Below are positions 45,906-55,410 of a stretch of DNA of 64,000 bases, in pieces. Source of the DNA: an uncultured candidatus Porisulfidus sp. GTDB lineage: Bacteria > Pseudomonadota > Gammaproteobacteria > Poriferisulfidales > Poriferisulfidaceae. A program made the position numbers and the translations under genes. Each line of letters opens with the position of its first letter. The stretch's first letter is position 1. The stretch covers positions 256,001-320,000 of the forward strand of contig OZ241993.1 of NCBI GenBank assembly GCA_965204575.1. Reading direction: 5' to 3'. The notes beneath the pieces are model-generated. The model was not told the DNA's origin. It ran no database searches and saw nothing but the letters and a program-made list of their open reading frames with translations.

Positions 45906-45934
45906 TTGCCAATCCGTAACCCATAGGTTACAGT
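45906..45934 (+). promoter_or_regulatory. Sigma70 promoter with overlapping palindromic operator
   Basis: TTGCCA-17 bp-TACAGT; inverted repeat GTAACC-CATA-GGTTAC at 45916-45931. Confidence 0.7.
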
Positions 45935-45975
45935 AGTCTGTCATAGGGCTAGCGTTTTATTCTGGGGACGTTCTT

Positions 45976-46566
45976 ATGGATGTAACGATCAATCCACAGC
46001 GAATCAAAGGAAACTGGATATCAGGCTACGCTTTGGATATTCATACAATAAGAAGCATTCATCTCGGAATCAATGAACATGGTCATGACGTTTTCGATAC
46101 AGAACGTTCCGAGCTCGGTGAACTGCTATATCAGCTTAAGTACCGCAGTAAGGTTTCAGCCGCAGATAAAATTATTGAAACTGTAGTGGAGTTCTTACAG
46201 CGTTCAAGGAGCAAGTTTGATTTGATCGTTCCAGTTCCGCCTTCTGGGAAACGACCTGTCCAGCCGGTAATCGTTTTGGCTCAGGGGATCGGCGAAAAAC
46301 TTGATTGGCCTGTTGTCGAATGTGTGACGACTACTCGTTCTGCAAGCCCGTTGAAGGGTGTCATGGATAGCAATAGGCGAAAGGAATTGCTGGATGGACT
46401 CTATGATGTCGACCGCACCTGTACACAGGGGAAAAGTATTTTATTATTTGACGACCTCTACCGCTCTGGAGCTACGATGAACGCGGTAACCGATTTACTT
46501 ATCAGCCAAGGTGAAGCAGCGGCCGTTCGCGTCCTGACTGTTACCAAAACGAGGAACATTCAATGA
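45976..46566 (+). CDS. ComF-like type I phosphoribosyltransferase
   Basis: GELLYQLKY, IVPVPPS, PRPP-binding motif ILLFDDLYRSGATM. Confidence 0.85.
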   Translation: MDVTINPQRIKGNWISGYALDIHTIRSIHLGINEHGHDVFDTERSELGELLYQLKYRSKVSAADKIIETVVEFLQRSRSKFDLIVPVPPSGKRPVQPVIVLAQGIGEKLDWPVVECVTTTRSASPLKGVMDSNRRKELLDGLYDVDRTCTQGKSILLFDDLYRSGATMNAVTDLLISQGEAAAVRVLTVTKTRNIQ

Positions 46567-47390
46567 ATACTGTGTTCATAGGGGGTTCACGTCACATTTC
46601 TCTCTTGCCGAAACCGGCAAAACACTGGCTTAACGATGTAATCGAGAAAAGCTGTTCGATCTTGGTTGGAGACGCCAACGGGATAGATAAAGCTGTCCAG
46701 AAATATCTGGCTAATGAGAATTACGATGATGTGACTGTGTACTGTTCTGGTGAATCCTGCCGTAACAATATCGGTCAATGGGCAACACGTTTCATCGATG
46801 CCTCTGGGAACAAAAAGAAATTCCAGTTCTATGCTGCAAAGGATCGTGAGATGGCACGCGAGGCTGAGTTCGGGTTCATGATATGGGATGGCAAAAGCCC
46901 GGGAACGGTTCTTAACGTTTTGCGCCTAGTACGTGCGTCAAAAAAGGCTGTTTTATTCAACATACAGGAAAAACAGGCCTTGACTTTCAATAGTGAGGCG
47001 GACTGGGATACTTTTCTTATGCAATGTACGGATACTCTGCGTCGGGATCTCGAAAACCGAGCCCTGCCAATCGAATGGTCTCCATCGCTCCATGCACAAA
47101 CGAATCTTGATCTGCCAGAACCGGATCTTGACGATGAAAGACCGGACATCTATATCGATTTGAAACAAGACATGGATGTGGCGCTGCGACACAATGATTC
47201 CAAAACTTTTATTTCGCTGCTGGGAAAGATGGCCCGGGAAAAAGGCATGAGCCAGATTGCCCGGGAAACCGGGCTTGCTCGTGAAGCACTGTACCGTGCA
47301 CTCAGTTCAGAGGGGAATCCTGAACTTACAACTGTGCTAAAGGTCACAAGCGCACTAAAGCTACGCCTGCTTGTCGGGAAAAGTTCATAA
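46563..47390 (+). CDS. SLOG (YspA/DprA-like) domain fused to an addiction-module antidote HTH
   Basis: VFIGGSR...VGDANGID...WDGKSPGT; C-terminal GMSQIARETGLAREALYRALSSEGNPELTTVLKV; ATGA overlap. Confidence 0.78.
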   Translation: MNTVFIGGSRHISLLPKPAKHWLNDVIEKSCSILVGDANGIDKAVQKYLANENYDDVTVYCSGESCRNNIGQWATRFIDASGNKKKFQFYAAKDREMAREAEFGFMIWDGKSPGTVLNVLRLVRASKKAVLFNIQEKQALTFNSEADWDTFLMQCTDTLRRDLENRALPIEWSPSLHAQTNLDLPEPDLDDERPDIYIDLKQDMDVALRHNDSKTFISLLGKMAREKGMSQIARETGLAREALYRALSSEGNPELTTVLKVTSALKLRLLVGKSS

Positions 47391-47427
47391 TTCTAAGTCT
47401 ACCAATAGTAGGCTTTTCATAACTTGA

Positions 47428-47745
47428 TTAATTGTGCCGCTCGCGCAAGACATACTGCCCGTCATAAAACCCGCTGAAGATCTGGTCGGCCAGCGGATGT
47501 CTGATCGGGCGTGGCTCTTCATCCGGCTCCAGATTCCGCTCCGCCACGTAAGTCTCCAGCGGCTGGCCGTCGACCAGCACCCGATACCAAGGCCGATCCC
47601 GGGGCGGCTTGGATCGTGCATTGTGCTCGTACCATTCATCGCTTCCCTGAAATACCGGATCTACATCGAAAACCACGCCCCGGTATCCGAACAGGCGATG
47701 CGTGACCAGTTGCCCCGGAGCAAATCGCGCTTGACTTTCACTCAT
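47428..47745 (-). CDS. hspQ: Heat shock protein HspQ
   Basis: GQLVTHRLFGYRGVVFDVDP, PWYRVLV, TYVAERNL. Confidence 0.93.
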   Translation of the reverse strand: MSESQARFAPGQLVTHRLFGYRGVVFDVDPVFQGSDEWYEHNARSKPPRDRPWYRVLVDGQPLETYVAERNLEPDEEPRPIRHPLADQIFSGFYDGQYVLRERHN

Positions 47746-47806
47746 GCTTCTAACTTCATCCCTAGCGCTTACTATATACTGTCAGAAGCCTCCAGGTGCA
47801 CCGCTT

Positions 47807-48082
47807 ATGGAACGTACCGTCGAACAACGAATCCTCGTCATGATGCGCAAGATTCTGGCACAGATCGTGCGGGAAATCACGCCGCCTCCAGGCATGAAAA
47901 ACCCCCTATCTCCACAGACTCTTCAAGACATACGGGAAGCGTTTGAGTTGATTTCCACGCGGGAAAGAGAATTGATGGAGGCCGCGGGAGAATCTGCCCG
48001 GGAACGGCCCCGATATGCGGACGAACCCAAAACCACCCAGGCTGTACAAATGCCCACCACTAAACGCAAGCTGGATTCATGA
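47807..48082 (+). CDS. Conserved hypothetical protein
   Basis: EQRILVMMRKILAQIVREITPPPGMKNPLS...ERPRYADEP; first of three overlapping genes. Confidence 0.75.
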   Translation: MERTVEQRILVMMRKILAQIVREITPPPGMKNPLSPQTLQDIREAFELISTRERELMEAAGESARERPRYADEPKTTQAVQMPTTKRKLDS

Positions 48083-48480
48083 GTTCCCCATCGGAGGAGT
48101 CACGAGCAAGAATGGCGCGTCAAACCATGGCAGTTCTTGACCAGTGGCAACTCAATACGGACGAGATCGTGACCCTCTTGGCATTGCCGAAAAAGACCCG
48201 CAGCACACAACTCGAACGTTTTCGTCGTGGTGAAGCCCTGCCGGACGACCCTCCCCTGATCGTACGGGCAGAACACATCGTTGGCATTGCCGACGCCCTG
48301 CGCACTTCATTCCCACGCAACAGCCGTATCGGGGCGCGCTGGCTGGTCACGCCGCACCGCCGGTTCCGGAAACGGACACCCTTATCGCTGATGCTGGAGG
48401 ATGGCGTCAACGGTCTGTGCCGGGTGCGTGCCGAGCTGGATTGCTCTTTCTCCTGGAGGCGGTCACAGGAGAACAATTGA
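48079..48480 (+). CDS. DUF2384 / Xre-MbcA-ParS-like domain protein
   Basis: VLDQWQL...IADALRTSFP...WLVTPHRRF...PLSLML...VRAELDC. Confidence 0.75.
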   Translation: MSSPSEESRARMARQTMAVLDQWQLNTDEIVTLLALPKKTRSTQLERFRRGEALPDDPPLIVRAEHIVGIADALRTSFPRNSRIGARWLVTPHRRFRKRTPLSLMLEDGVNGLCRVRAELDCSFSWRRSQENN

Positions 48481-48893
48481 TGCCGGAATCCATTGCCATC
48501 CCGGTAGTCGCCAAAGGCGTCAAGATGACCCCGGAGAACAAGTGCGACTTCTGCACCAACTCCCTGTGTTGCCATTACGTCACGCAGGAAATCGACACGC
48601 CCCGCTCAAAATACGACTACGAACACCTGCTCTGGCAGGTCTCCCACGACCAAGTCAGCGCATACAAGGATTCCGATGGCTGGACCCTGATGTTCGAGAC
48701 CACCTGCAAACACCTGCAGAAAGACGGACGTTGCGGAATTTATGAAATCCGCCCGCAAATCTGCCGCGATCACAGCAACGACTTTTGCGAATACGACCAG
48801 CCGCCCGAAGAAGGATTCGACCTTTACTTCCCGGATTACGAAAGCCTACTCAAATACTGTAAAAAACGATTCAGACGGTGGGACCGAGGTTAA
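48480..48893 (+). CDS. YkgJ-family cysteine-cluster (CxxCxxxCC) protein
   Basis: CDFCTNSLCC, CKHLQKDGRCGIYEIRPQICR. Confidence 0.88.
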   Translation: MPESIAIPVVAKGVKMTPENKCDFCTNSLCCHYVTQEIDTPRSKYDYEHLLWQVSHDQVSAYKDSDGWTLMFETTCKHLQKDGRCGIYEIRPQICRDHSNDFCEYDQPPEEGFDLYFPDYESLLKYCKKRFRRWDRG

Positions 48894-49014
48894 AAAGACT
48901 TTTTTAAGGTTTTCGTCAAACAACCATCAAACAATCTATCCTCATAAATATCTTTATTAATCAGTAATTTATTACGATCCCACAATAAAAAAAGAACTTT
49001 TCATAAGTTTCCAA

Positions 49015-49680
49015 TCAAACAACCTCTCTAGGCGGCATGATGTCGGAAAAATCCCGGATCGCCGGGTACGCCAACTGTTCCCGTTCCGGCTGACCACTGT
49101 CGGGCTGCCGGACCGTCAGCAGGCAACCAATGCCCGCGGCTTCCGCATGCTTCAGGACATTCGGGTCGTCGTCCACCATGAGCGTCCGGGCAGGTTCGTG
49201 TTCCACCTCGTCATGCAAGGCTCTCCAGAATTCCGGGCTTTCCTTGGGCACCTGAAACTCATGGGAACTGACGACTTTCTGGAAGTAGGGCCGGATCTGG
49301 GATTCCTCCAACTTGATGTCGATAAACTTGGGGTGGGCATTGGTCACCAAGAAACAAGGCCTGCCGCTGTCGTTGACCCGAACCAGGAATTCCTCGACGT
49401 GGGGCATGCGCGTCACGCGATGGCGGATTTCATGCTTGAGCGCGGCGACGTCTAAGCCCAACTCCTCGCTCCAGTAATCTGCGCAATACCACTGCAAAGT
49501 GCCGCGCATCTCGCGGTAGCGAGCGGTCAAGTCCGCTTTGGCTTCCGAGAATTCCAGCCCGTAAGTCTCCGCAAAACGCTGCGGCAGATGGTGGTACCAG
49601 AAATGGGAGTCGAACCGCAGGTCCAGCAACGTCCCGTCCATGTCCAGGAAGACGGTATCAATGACATTCCAATTGATCAT
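49015..49680 (-). CDS. yrfG: GMP/IMP nucleotidase (HAD superfamily)
   Basis: FLDMDGTLLDLRFD, LVTNAH, MVDD. Confidence 0.9.
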   Translation of the reverse strand: MINWNVIDTVFLDMDGTLLDLRFDSHFWYHHLPQRFAETYGLEFSEAKADLTARYREMRGTLQWYCADYWSEELGLDVAALKHEIRHRVTRMPHVEEFLVRVNDSGRPCFLVTNAHPKFIDIKLEESQIRPYFQKVVSSHEFQVPKESPEFWRALHDEVEHEPARTLMVDDDPNVLKHAEAAGIGCLLTVRQPDSGQPEREQLAYPAIRDFSDIMPPREVV

Positions 49681-49741
49681 GTTGCTGCCTGGACCCGTAT
49701 AAATCGAATTTTACACTCCCCTTCTTCGCCAATTTGTTAGG

Positions 49742-50590
49742 ATGGCGCATCCCGCCACACCCCCGATGGACTTCGAACAACTTGCCCGACTCCTGCCCGA
49801 AGTACGGCAGATCGCCATCGACGCCGGGACAAGCATTCTGGAAGTCCGACGCGCAGGCTACGAAGTCTACGAAAAGACCGACCGCTCTCCGGTTACCACG
49901 GCCGACTTGGCGGCACACCAGTGCATTTTCGAACGGCTGGAGGCATTGGATGAGCGCTGGCCGGTACTGTCGGAAGAAAACCCTGCTCCGACCCCTTGGG
50001 AGACCCGCCGAAACTGGGACACTTATTGGCTGGTCGATCCCCTGGACGGCACGCGCGAACTGCTCAGGCAGAGCGATGAATTCACTGTCAACATCGCCCT
50101 GATCCACCGTCAACAGCCCGTGCTGGGCATCATCGGAGCCCCCGCCCTGGATCTCCTCTACTATGCGCACCGCGACGGTGGCGCTTGGCGAGTACAAGGA
50201 GAAAAATCGCCCACCGCCATACACAGCCGTTCCTATCCCACTGATGGAACCTCAGTCGTGGCAGTCAGTTTCAGCCACGCGCGACCCGAAGTGCAGCGAT
50301 TCCTCAGGCGACTGGGACCGCATCAGGAAAAACGGGTCGGAAGTTCGCTCAAGAGCTGCCAGGTGGCCGAAGGGAGCATGGACCTGTATCCGCGTTGCGG
50401 TTCAACTCACGAGTGGGACACGGCAGCTGCCCAATGCATCGTGGAAGAAGCGGGCGGGCAGCTTGTCGACTGGGCACTGCGACCGCTTCGCTACAACCTC
50501 AAGGAAAACCTGATCAACCCTCCCTTCCTGGTGATCGGTGATCCCGGGTACGGCTGGGCCCCGCTACTGGAGGAGTTTTCAGAACAATAA
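49742..50590 (+). CDS. cysQ: 3'(2'),5'-bisphosphate nucleotidase
   Basis: SPVTTADL, WLVDPLDGTRE, GSSLK, EWDTAAAQ. Confidence 0.95.
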   Translation: MAHPATPPMDFEQLARLLPEVRQIAIDAGTSILEVRRAGYEVYEKTDRSPVTTADLAAHQCIFERLEALDERWPVLSEENPAPTPWETRRNWDTYWLVDPLDGTRELLRQSDEFTVNIALIHRQQPVLGIIGAPALDLLYYAHRDGGAWRVQGEKSPTAIHSRSYPTDGTSVVAVSFSHARPEVQRFLRRLGPHQEKRVGSSLKSCQVAEGSMDLYPRCGSTHEWDTAAAQCIVEEAGGQLVDWALRPLRYNLKENLINPPFLVIGDPGYGWAPLLEEFSEQ

Positions 50591-50616
50591 GTCGCCATTT
50601 TGGTGGCTCGAGTGCT

Positions 50617-50877
50617 TCAGGCCTGGCTGCTGCTGTCAAGCCATTCGATCAGATAGTACAGGTATTGTCCTTCGGAGGATTTTGACGGCCCTAGAACCTG
50701 GGCCGCGTGGCAATTGGCCTCGGCCTTCGCCTGCCGGACTGCCGCGTCGGAATTCTCCACAATCCGGACGATCCCGGCCGGAAAGCGTCGCCGGTTCCGG
50801 TTCGGGGCCTGAATGACCGCGTAATGAGTGCCTGAGACGGAAGTCTCCGGATCCGGCGGCACGAACCCCCGCATCAC
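50617..50877 (-). CDS. Small conserved hypothetical protein
   Basis: RRRFPAGIV...[22 protein letters not shown]; GTG start overlaps the accC stop. Confidence 0.65.
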   Translation of the reverse strand: MMRGFVPPDPETSVSGTHYAVIQAPNRNRRRFPAGIVRIVENSDAAVRQAKAEANCHAAQVLGPSKSSEGQYLYYLIEWLDSSSQA

Positions 50878-52223
50878 TCCTCGGCCGAAGCCGCACGATT
50901 CTCAAGGAAATGGATATTCACGCCGCCCTCCTGGAACTGCGGATCCTCCAACAGCTCTTGATGGAGCGGGACATTGGTGCGGATGCCCTCGACCACCAGC
51001 TCCGCCAAGGCGCGGTTCATCCGGCGCAGGGCCACGGTGCGGTCCCGCGCATGCGCGACAACCTTGCCGATCATGGAATCGTAGTTCGGCGGCACGGTGT
51101 AGCCGGTGTACAGGTGCGTGTCCATGCGCACGCCGGGGCCACCGGGACTGTGGAAGTGCGTGACCTTGCCAGGCTGCGGCAGGAAAGTCTTCGGATCTTC
51201 CGCATTGATCCGGCATTCCACAGCATGTCCACGCAAGCGCACTTCGGACTGCCGGATAGACAAGGGCTCGCCCTGTGCAACCAGCAACTGGTGGCGCACC
51301 AGATCAATGCCGGTGACCATCTCGGTCACCGGATGCTCGACCTGAATCCGGGTGTTCATTTCTATGAAGTAGAACTCCCCGTCCTGATACAGGAATTCGA
51401 ATGTTCCTACGCTTCGGTAATTCATCTTCTTGCAGGCCGCGGTCACCCGCTCGCCCAGTTCCATGCGCTGCTCTTCCGTGATGCCGGGTGCTGGAGATTC
51501 CTCGATGACCTTCTGGTGTCTGCGCTGCACCGAGCAATCGCGTTCGGCAAGATGAATGGCTTCACCATGGGCATCGGCCAGGACCTGAAATTCGATATGC
51601 CGAGGGTGATCCAGGAATTTCTCCAGATAGACCGCCCCGTTCCCGAAAGCCGCCTGCGCCTCGGCTCGGGTTAATTCCAAAGATTCTTCCAACTCCGCTT
51701 CCTCCCGAACCACTCGCATGCCGCGCCCGCCTCCACCTGCAGTCGCCTTGATCAGGACCGGGTAACCCACTTCGCGGGCCTGTGCCTTGCTGTCTTCGAG
51801 GGAGTCGGTCAGTTCTCCATCACTGCCCGGCACACACGGGAGACCGGCTGCCGAAGCCGCCTTCCGGGCCGCCGCCTTGTCGCCCATTTCGCGAATGTTC
51901 TGCGCCTGCGGCCCAACGAAGATAAAACCGCTGGACTCCACGCGCTCGGCGAAATCTGCATTTTCCGAAAGAAAACCGTAGCCAGGATGGATGGCATCGG
52001 CATTCGTGACCTCAGCCGCCGAAATGATCGCGGGGATATTCAGGTAGCTCTGCTGGGAATCTGCAGGACCGATGCACACCGACTCATCCGCCAGCCGCAC
52101 ATGCAGGAGATCGCGATCCACTTCGGAGTGCACTGCCACGGTTCGGACTCCAAGATCCCGGCAGGCTCGCAGGATGCGCAGGGCGATTTCCCCGCGGTTG
52201 GCGATCAGGACTTTTTCCAGCAC
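50874..52223 (-). CDS. accC: Biotin carboxylase
   Basis: [36 protein letters not shown]. Confidence 0.98.
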   Translation of the reverse strand: MLEKVLIANRGEIALRILRACRDLGVRTVAVHSEVDRDLLHVRLADESVCIGPADSQQSYLNIPAIISAAEVTNADAIHPGYGFLSENADFAERVESSGFIFVGPQAQNIREMGDKAAARKAASAAGLPCVPGSDGELTDSLEDSKAQAREVGYPVLIKATAGGGGRGMRVVREEAELEESLELTRAEAQAAFGNGAVYLEKFLDHPRHIEFQVLADAHGEAIHLAERDCSVQRRHQKVIEESPAPGITEEQRMELGERVTAACKKMNYRSVGTFEFLYQDGEFYFIEMNTRIQVEHPVTEMVTGIDLVRHQLLVAQGEPLSIRQSEVRLRGHAVECRINAEDPKTFLPQPGKVTHFHSPGGPGVRMDTHLYTGYTVPPNYDSMIGKVVAHARDRTVALRRMNRALAELVVEGIRTNVPLHQELLEDPQFQEGGVNIHFLENRAASAEE

Positions 52224-52229
52224 CGCCTT

Positions 52230-52697
52230 TCAGCCGATGATGAACAGTGCCTGCCCATATTCCACGGGCGTCGCGTTTTCGACCAGGATGGCCCGAACCG
52301 CTCCCCCCTTGTCGGCCTCAATCCGGTTCAGCATCTTCATGGCCTCCACGATGCACAGAGTGTCGCCTTCCGCAACCTGATCCCCCACGTTGACAAAAGG
52401 CTTCGCGCCCGGAGAAGGAGCGGAATAGAACGTCCCGACCATCGGCGACACAACCCGGTGTCCTGCCGGAAGATCATCCCCGGGCGGTTCCTCCTCGGCA
52501 TCGGGGACAGGCTCGGTGGACGCGGGCGCAGTTGCCGGTGCCGCCGCAGGGACGGGAACCTGAACCTGGGGCATGGGAACGGCGGTCGAACTGGTACGAC
52601 TGATGCGAACCGATTCCTCGCCCTCGGAGATCTCGATCTCCGCAACATCGGATTCCTCCAGCAACTGGATCAGGCTCTTGATCTTTCGCAGATCCAT
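52230..52697 (-). CDS. accB: Biotin carboxyl carrier protein
   Basis: [20 protein letters not shown]. Confidence 0.96.
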   Translation of the reverse strand: MDLRKIKSLIQLLEESDVAEIEISEGEESVRISRTSSTAVPMPQVQVPVPAAAPATAPASTEPVPDAEEEPPGDDLPAGHRVVSPMVGTFYSAPSPGAKPFVNVGDQVAEGDTLCIVEAMKMLNRIEADKGGAVRAILVENATPVEYGQALFIIG

Positions 52698-53143
52698 CAG
52701 GCGTTCTTCTCCAGCCAAGCCACGGCGGCCTGCAGCGCCAACACATAACCTTGCGCCCCAAGGCCGGAAATCACGCCGATTGCGATGTCGGACAGGTAGG
52801 ACACCTGCCGAAAATCCTCGCGCGCGAACACATTGGACAAGTGGACTTCGATGAATGGAATCGAAGTCCCCAGCAACGCGTCCCGAAGCGCGATGCTGGT
52901 GTGCGTCAGCGCCCCCGGATTGAACAGGATGAATTCCACCTTGTCCTCGCGCGCCTGGTGGATCCGGTTCACCAGTTCGCTCTCGGAGTTGGACTGCAGG
53001 GTTTCAATGGTGCAATCATGGTGCACCGCATATGACCCGACCTCCTCCATGATCTCTTCCAGGGAATCCGAACCATAGATTTCCGGTTCGCGAGTGCCTA
53101 GAAGGTTGAGGTTGGGACCGTTGAGAACCAGAATGCGCGACAT
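52697..53143 (-). CDS. aroQ: Type II 3-dehydroquinate dehydratase
   Basis: [32 protein letters not shown]. Confidence 0.97.
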   Translation of the reverse strand: MSRILVLNGPNLNLLGTREPEIYGSDSLEEIMEEVGSYAVHHDCTIETLQSNSESELVNRIHQAREDKVEFILFNPGALTHTSIALRDALLGTSIPFIEVHLSNVFAREDFRQVSYLSDIAIGVISGLGAQGYVLALQAAVAWLEKNA

Positions 53144-53253
53144 AGGGGACCTAAATGTATTGCCTGAACGGGCACAAGTTTACCATAAAACAAAGAAACG
53201 GACTTTTACAGTAATTTTGACGTTAAATAGTGAAAAATATCGATAAATAAGGA

Positions 53254-55056
53254 CTACTTGGAAAACTCGAGCACTTCATCAAGCATCATGGCGAACCGGG
53301 GTGCGGGGACATAGCTGACGGTTCTGAACGCGCGCAATTCCTCTCCTTCGGACGTATAAAAAAGGATCGCGGGCGGTCCGAACAGGCCCAGTGATCCGAG
53401 CAATTCCTTGTCATCTTCATCGTTGGCCGTGACGTCGGCCTTCAAAAGCGTGAAGCGACGCATCCGCGCCTGAACCTCGGGATCAGAAAACGTGAATGCG
53501 TCGAGCTCGTGACAGGTGACGCACCAGTCGGCGTAAAAATCAACCAATACCGGCTGTCCTTCCGCACTCGCCAGCTCCCGGTCCAGGTCTGCCACGGTCT
53601 TGATGGGACGGAATTCCACTGACGGCTCGACCGACCCCGGGGGATTCGTGAAATGCGCCCAAGGCCGCACCAGGCTGTCGCCTCCGGTCGCGGCCCCCAC
53701 CAGCAGGACCCCGCCGTAAATGAGAAACGCCAGCCCCACGCCTCTGCCAAGACGGCTCAATGTATTGGCATCCGGGGGCAGGGATTCGACGGCGTGCAGG
53801 ATCATGCCGAGCAACAGCAGCAGCAGCCCGCTCAGTCCCAATGTCACCTGTCCGGGAACCACCCGGTCCAGCATCCAGATCGAAAGCGCCAGCAGCAATA
53901 CGCCGAATACCGCCTTGATCCGTACCATCCAGGGCCCCGAATGCGGCATGAAACGGCCTTCGAAAGTGCCGAATGCCAACAGCGGAAGCCCCAGTCCCAG
54001 CCCCATCCCGAACAGGCTGACTGCACCGCTCACAGGGTTGCCGGTGTCGGCGATGTGAATCAAGGCTCCCACCAAGGGCGGCGACACGCAGGGACTGGCC
54101 ACCAGCGCTCCGAGAAGGCCCATGACCGCGGCGCTCAGGTAACTGCCGCTGCCCACGAACCTCTCCCCCACATGGTGCAGGAAATTATGGAGACCCGCCG
54201 GCATGCGGAAGTCATAGACGCCGAACATCGACAGGGCCATCAGAAGCAGAATCAGCACGAAACCGCCGATCACCCAGACGTTCTGCATATACGCCTGAAG
54301 ATTGGCCCCGGTCAAGCCGATGATGGTCCCGAGCATCGCGTAGGTGGTCGCCATCGCCAGCACGTAGACCAGCGACAGGCGCAACGCGCGGGCCGTACCG
54401 GCATTCGCACCCGCGATCACACCGGCCAGGATCGGAATCATCGGCAACACGCACGGCGTGAACGCCAGCAACAGGCCGAACCCGCCGAACACGATGAAAC
54501 TCCAGATCAGGGTTTCCTCGGACAGGTCTTGGGCGATCTGATCGGCACGCGACAGCAACCCGCCCGATCGATTCTTCGTCCCTGCAGCGGTGGAGGGGGC
54601 CGGATCAGAGCCGTCCAGGCTGACTTTGATGATTTTGGTCTGCGGCGGATAGCAGACACCCTTCTCGGCGCACCCCTGGTAGTTCGCAACCAAAGCAACC
54701 CCGCCGGATTCCGCCGCCTCAGCCAAGCGCAGGTCCACCGCGACGTCGCCCGACCACGTCTGGACCTTCCCGAACAACGGGTCATCCTTGACGACACCCG
54801 ACGGCAACTCGTACGGCATGAGCCCGGCGTCATTCCCCTCGATGGAAAAACTGGTCTTGTCCCGGTACAGGTAGTATCCTTCGGCAACCCTGAAAGATGC
54901 CTGAAATCTCTCCGAATCCTCGGGCATCACGGTCAGGACGAATGCCTCGTCCGGATGCAGGAACTCCTGCTCTCCAGAATCAAACAAGTCCGCAGCCCCG
55001 GCCGGCAGCGCCACCAGCCACGGCAGCAAAAAGATCAGACGGAGCCTTGCAGCCAT
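53254..55056 (-). CDS. dsbD: Thiol:disulfide interchange protein DsbD
   Basis: QGCAEKGVCYPP, FTPCVLPM, SPCVSPP, YADWCVTC. Confidence 0.95.
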   Translation of the reverse strand: MAARLRLIFLLPWLVALPAGAADLFDSGEQEFLHPDEAFVLTVMPEDSERFQASFRVAEGYYLYRDKTSFSIEGNDAGLMPYELPSGVVKDDPLFGKVQTWSGDVAVDLRLAEAAESGGVALVANYQGCAEKGVCYPPQTKIIKVSLDGSDPAPSTAAGTKNRSGGLLSRADQIAQDLSEETLIWSFIVFGGFGLLLAFTPCVLPMIPILAGVIAGANAGTARALRLSLVYVLAMATTYAMLGTIIGLTGANLQAYMQNVWVIGGFVLILLLMALSMFGVYDFRMPAGLHNFLHHVGERFVGSGSYLSAAVMGLLGALVASPCVSPPLVGALIHIADTGNPVSGAVSLFGMGLGLGLPLLAFGTFEGRFMPHSGPWMVRIKAVFGVLLLALSIWMLDRVVPGQVTLGLSGLLLLLLGMILHAVESLPPDANTLSRLGRGVGLAFLIYGGVLLVGAATGGDSLVRPWAHFTNPPGSVEPSVEFRPIKTVADLDRELASAEGQPVLVDFYADWCVTCHELDAFTFSDPEVQARMRRFTLLKADVTANDEDDKELLGSLGLFGPPAILFYTSEGEELRAFRTVSYVPAPRFAMMLDEVLEFSK

Positions 55057-55358
55057 TTCAGATACGGCTCCGAGCCGTCCGTGATCGGAAGAGTGATGAA
55101 TTCCGGCAGTTCGTAGGGGTGGGCTTCCAGCAGGGCGTCCTGAAGATCCGCCTGCCGGGCGCGGGTGGTCTTGATCAGCAACAGGATTTCCGGTTCTTCT
55201 TCCACCGCCCCCTTCCAGCTGTAAGTAGAAGCGACACGGATCTGGTTGACGCAGGCAGCCAGGCGGTTCTCGACCAGTTGGCGTGCAAGATCCCGTGCCT
55301 GCGGCTCGTCGGAAACCGTCGTCAGGGCAAGGATGCATTCGGTGCAGTTCATACGCAT
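55035..55358 (-). CDS. cutA: Divalent-cation tolerance protein CutA
   Basis: LAACVN, YSWKG, HPYELPE. Confidence 0.93.
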   Translation of the reverse strand: MRMNCTECILALTTVSDEPQARDLARQLVENRLAACVNQIRVASTYSWKGAVEEEPEILLLIKTTRARQADLQDALLEAHPYELPEFITLPITDGSEPYLKWLQGSV

Positions 55359-55410
55359 ATTCTAATTTATGGCCGCCGCCCTCCCCATCGCCGCGCCTCC
55401 CGAGAAAACG

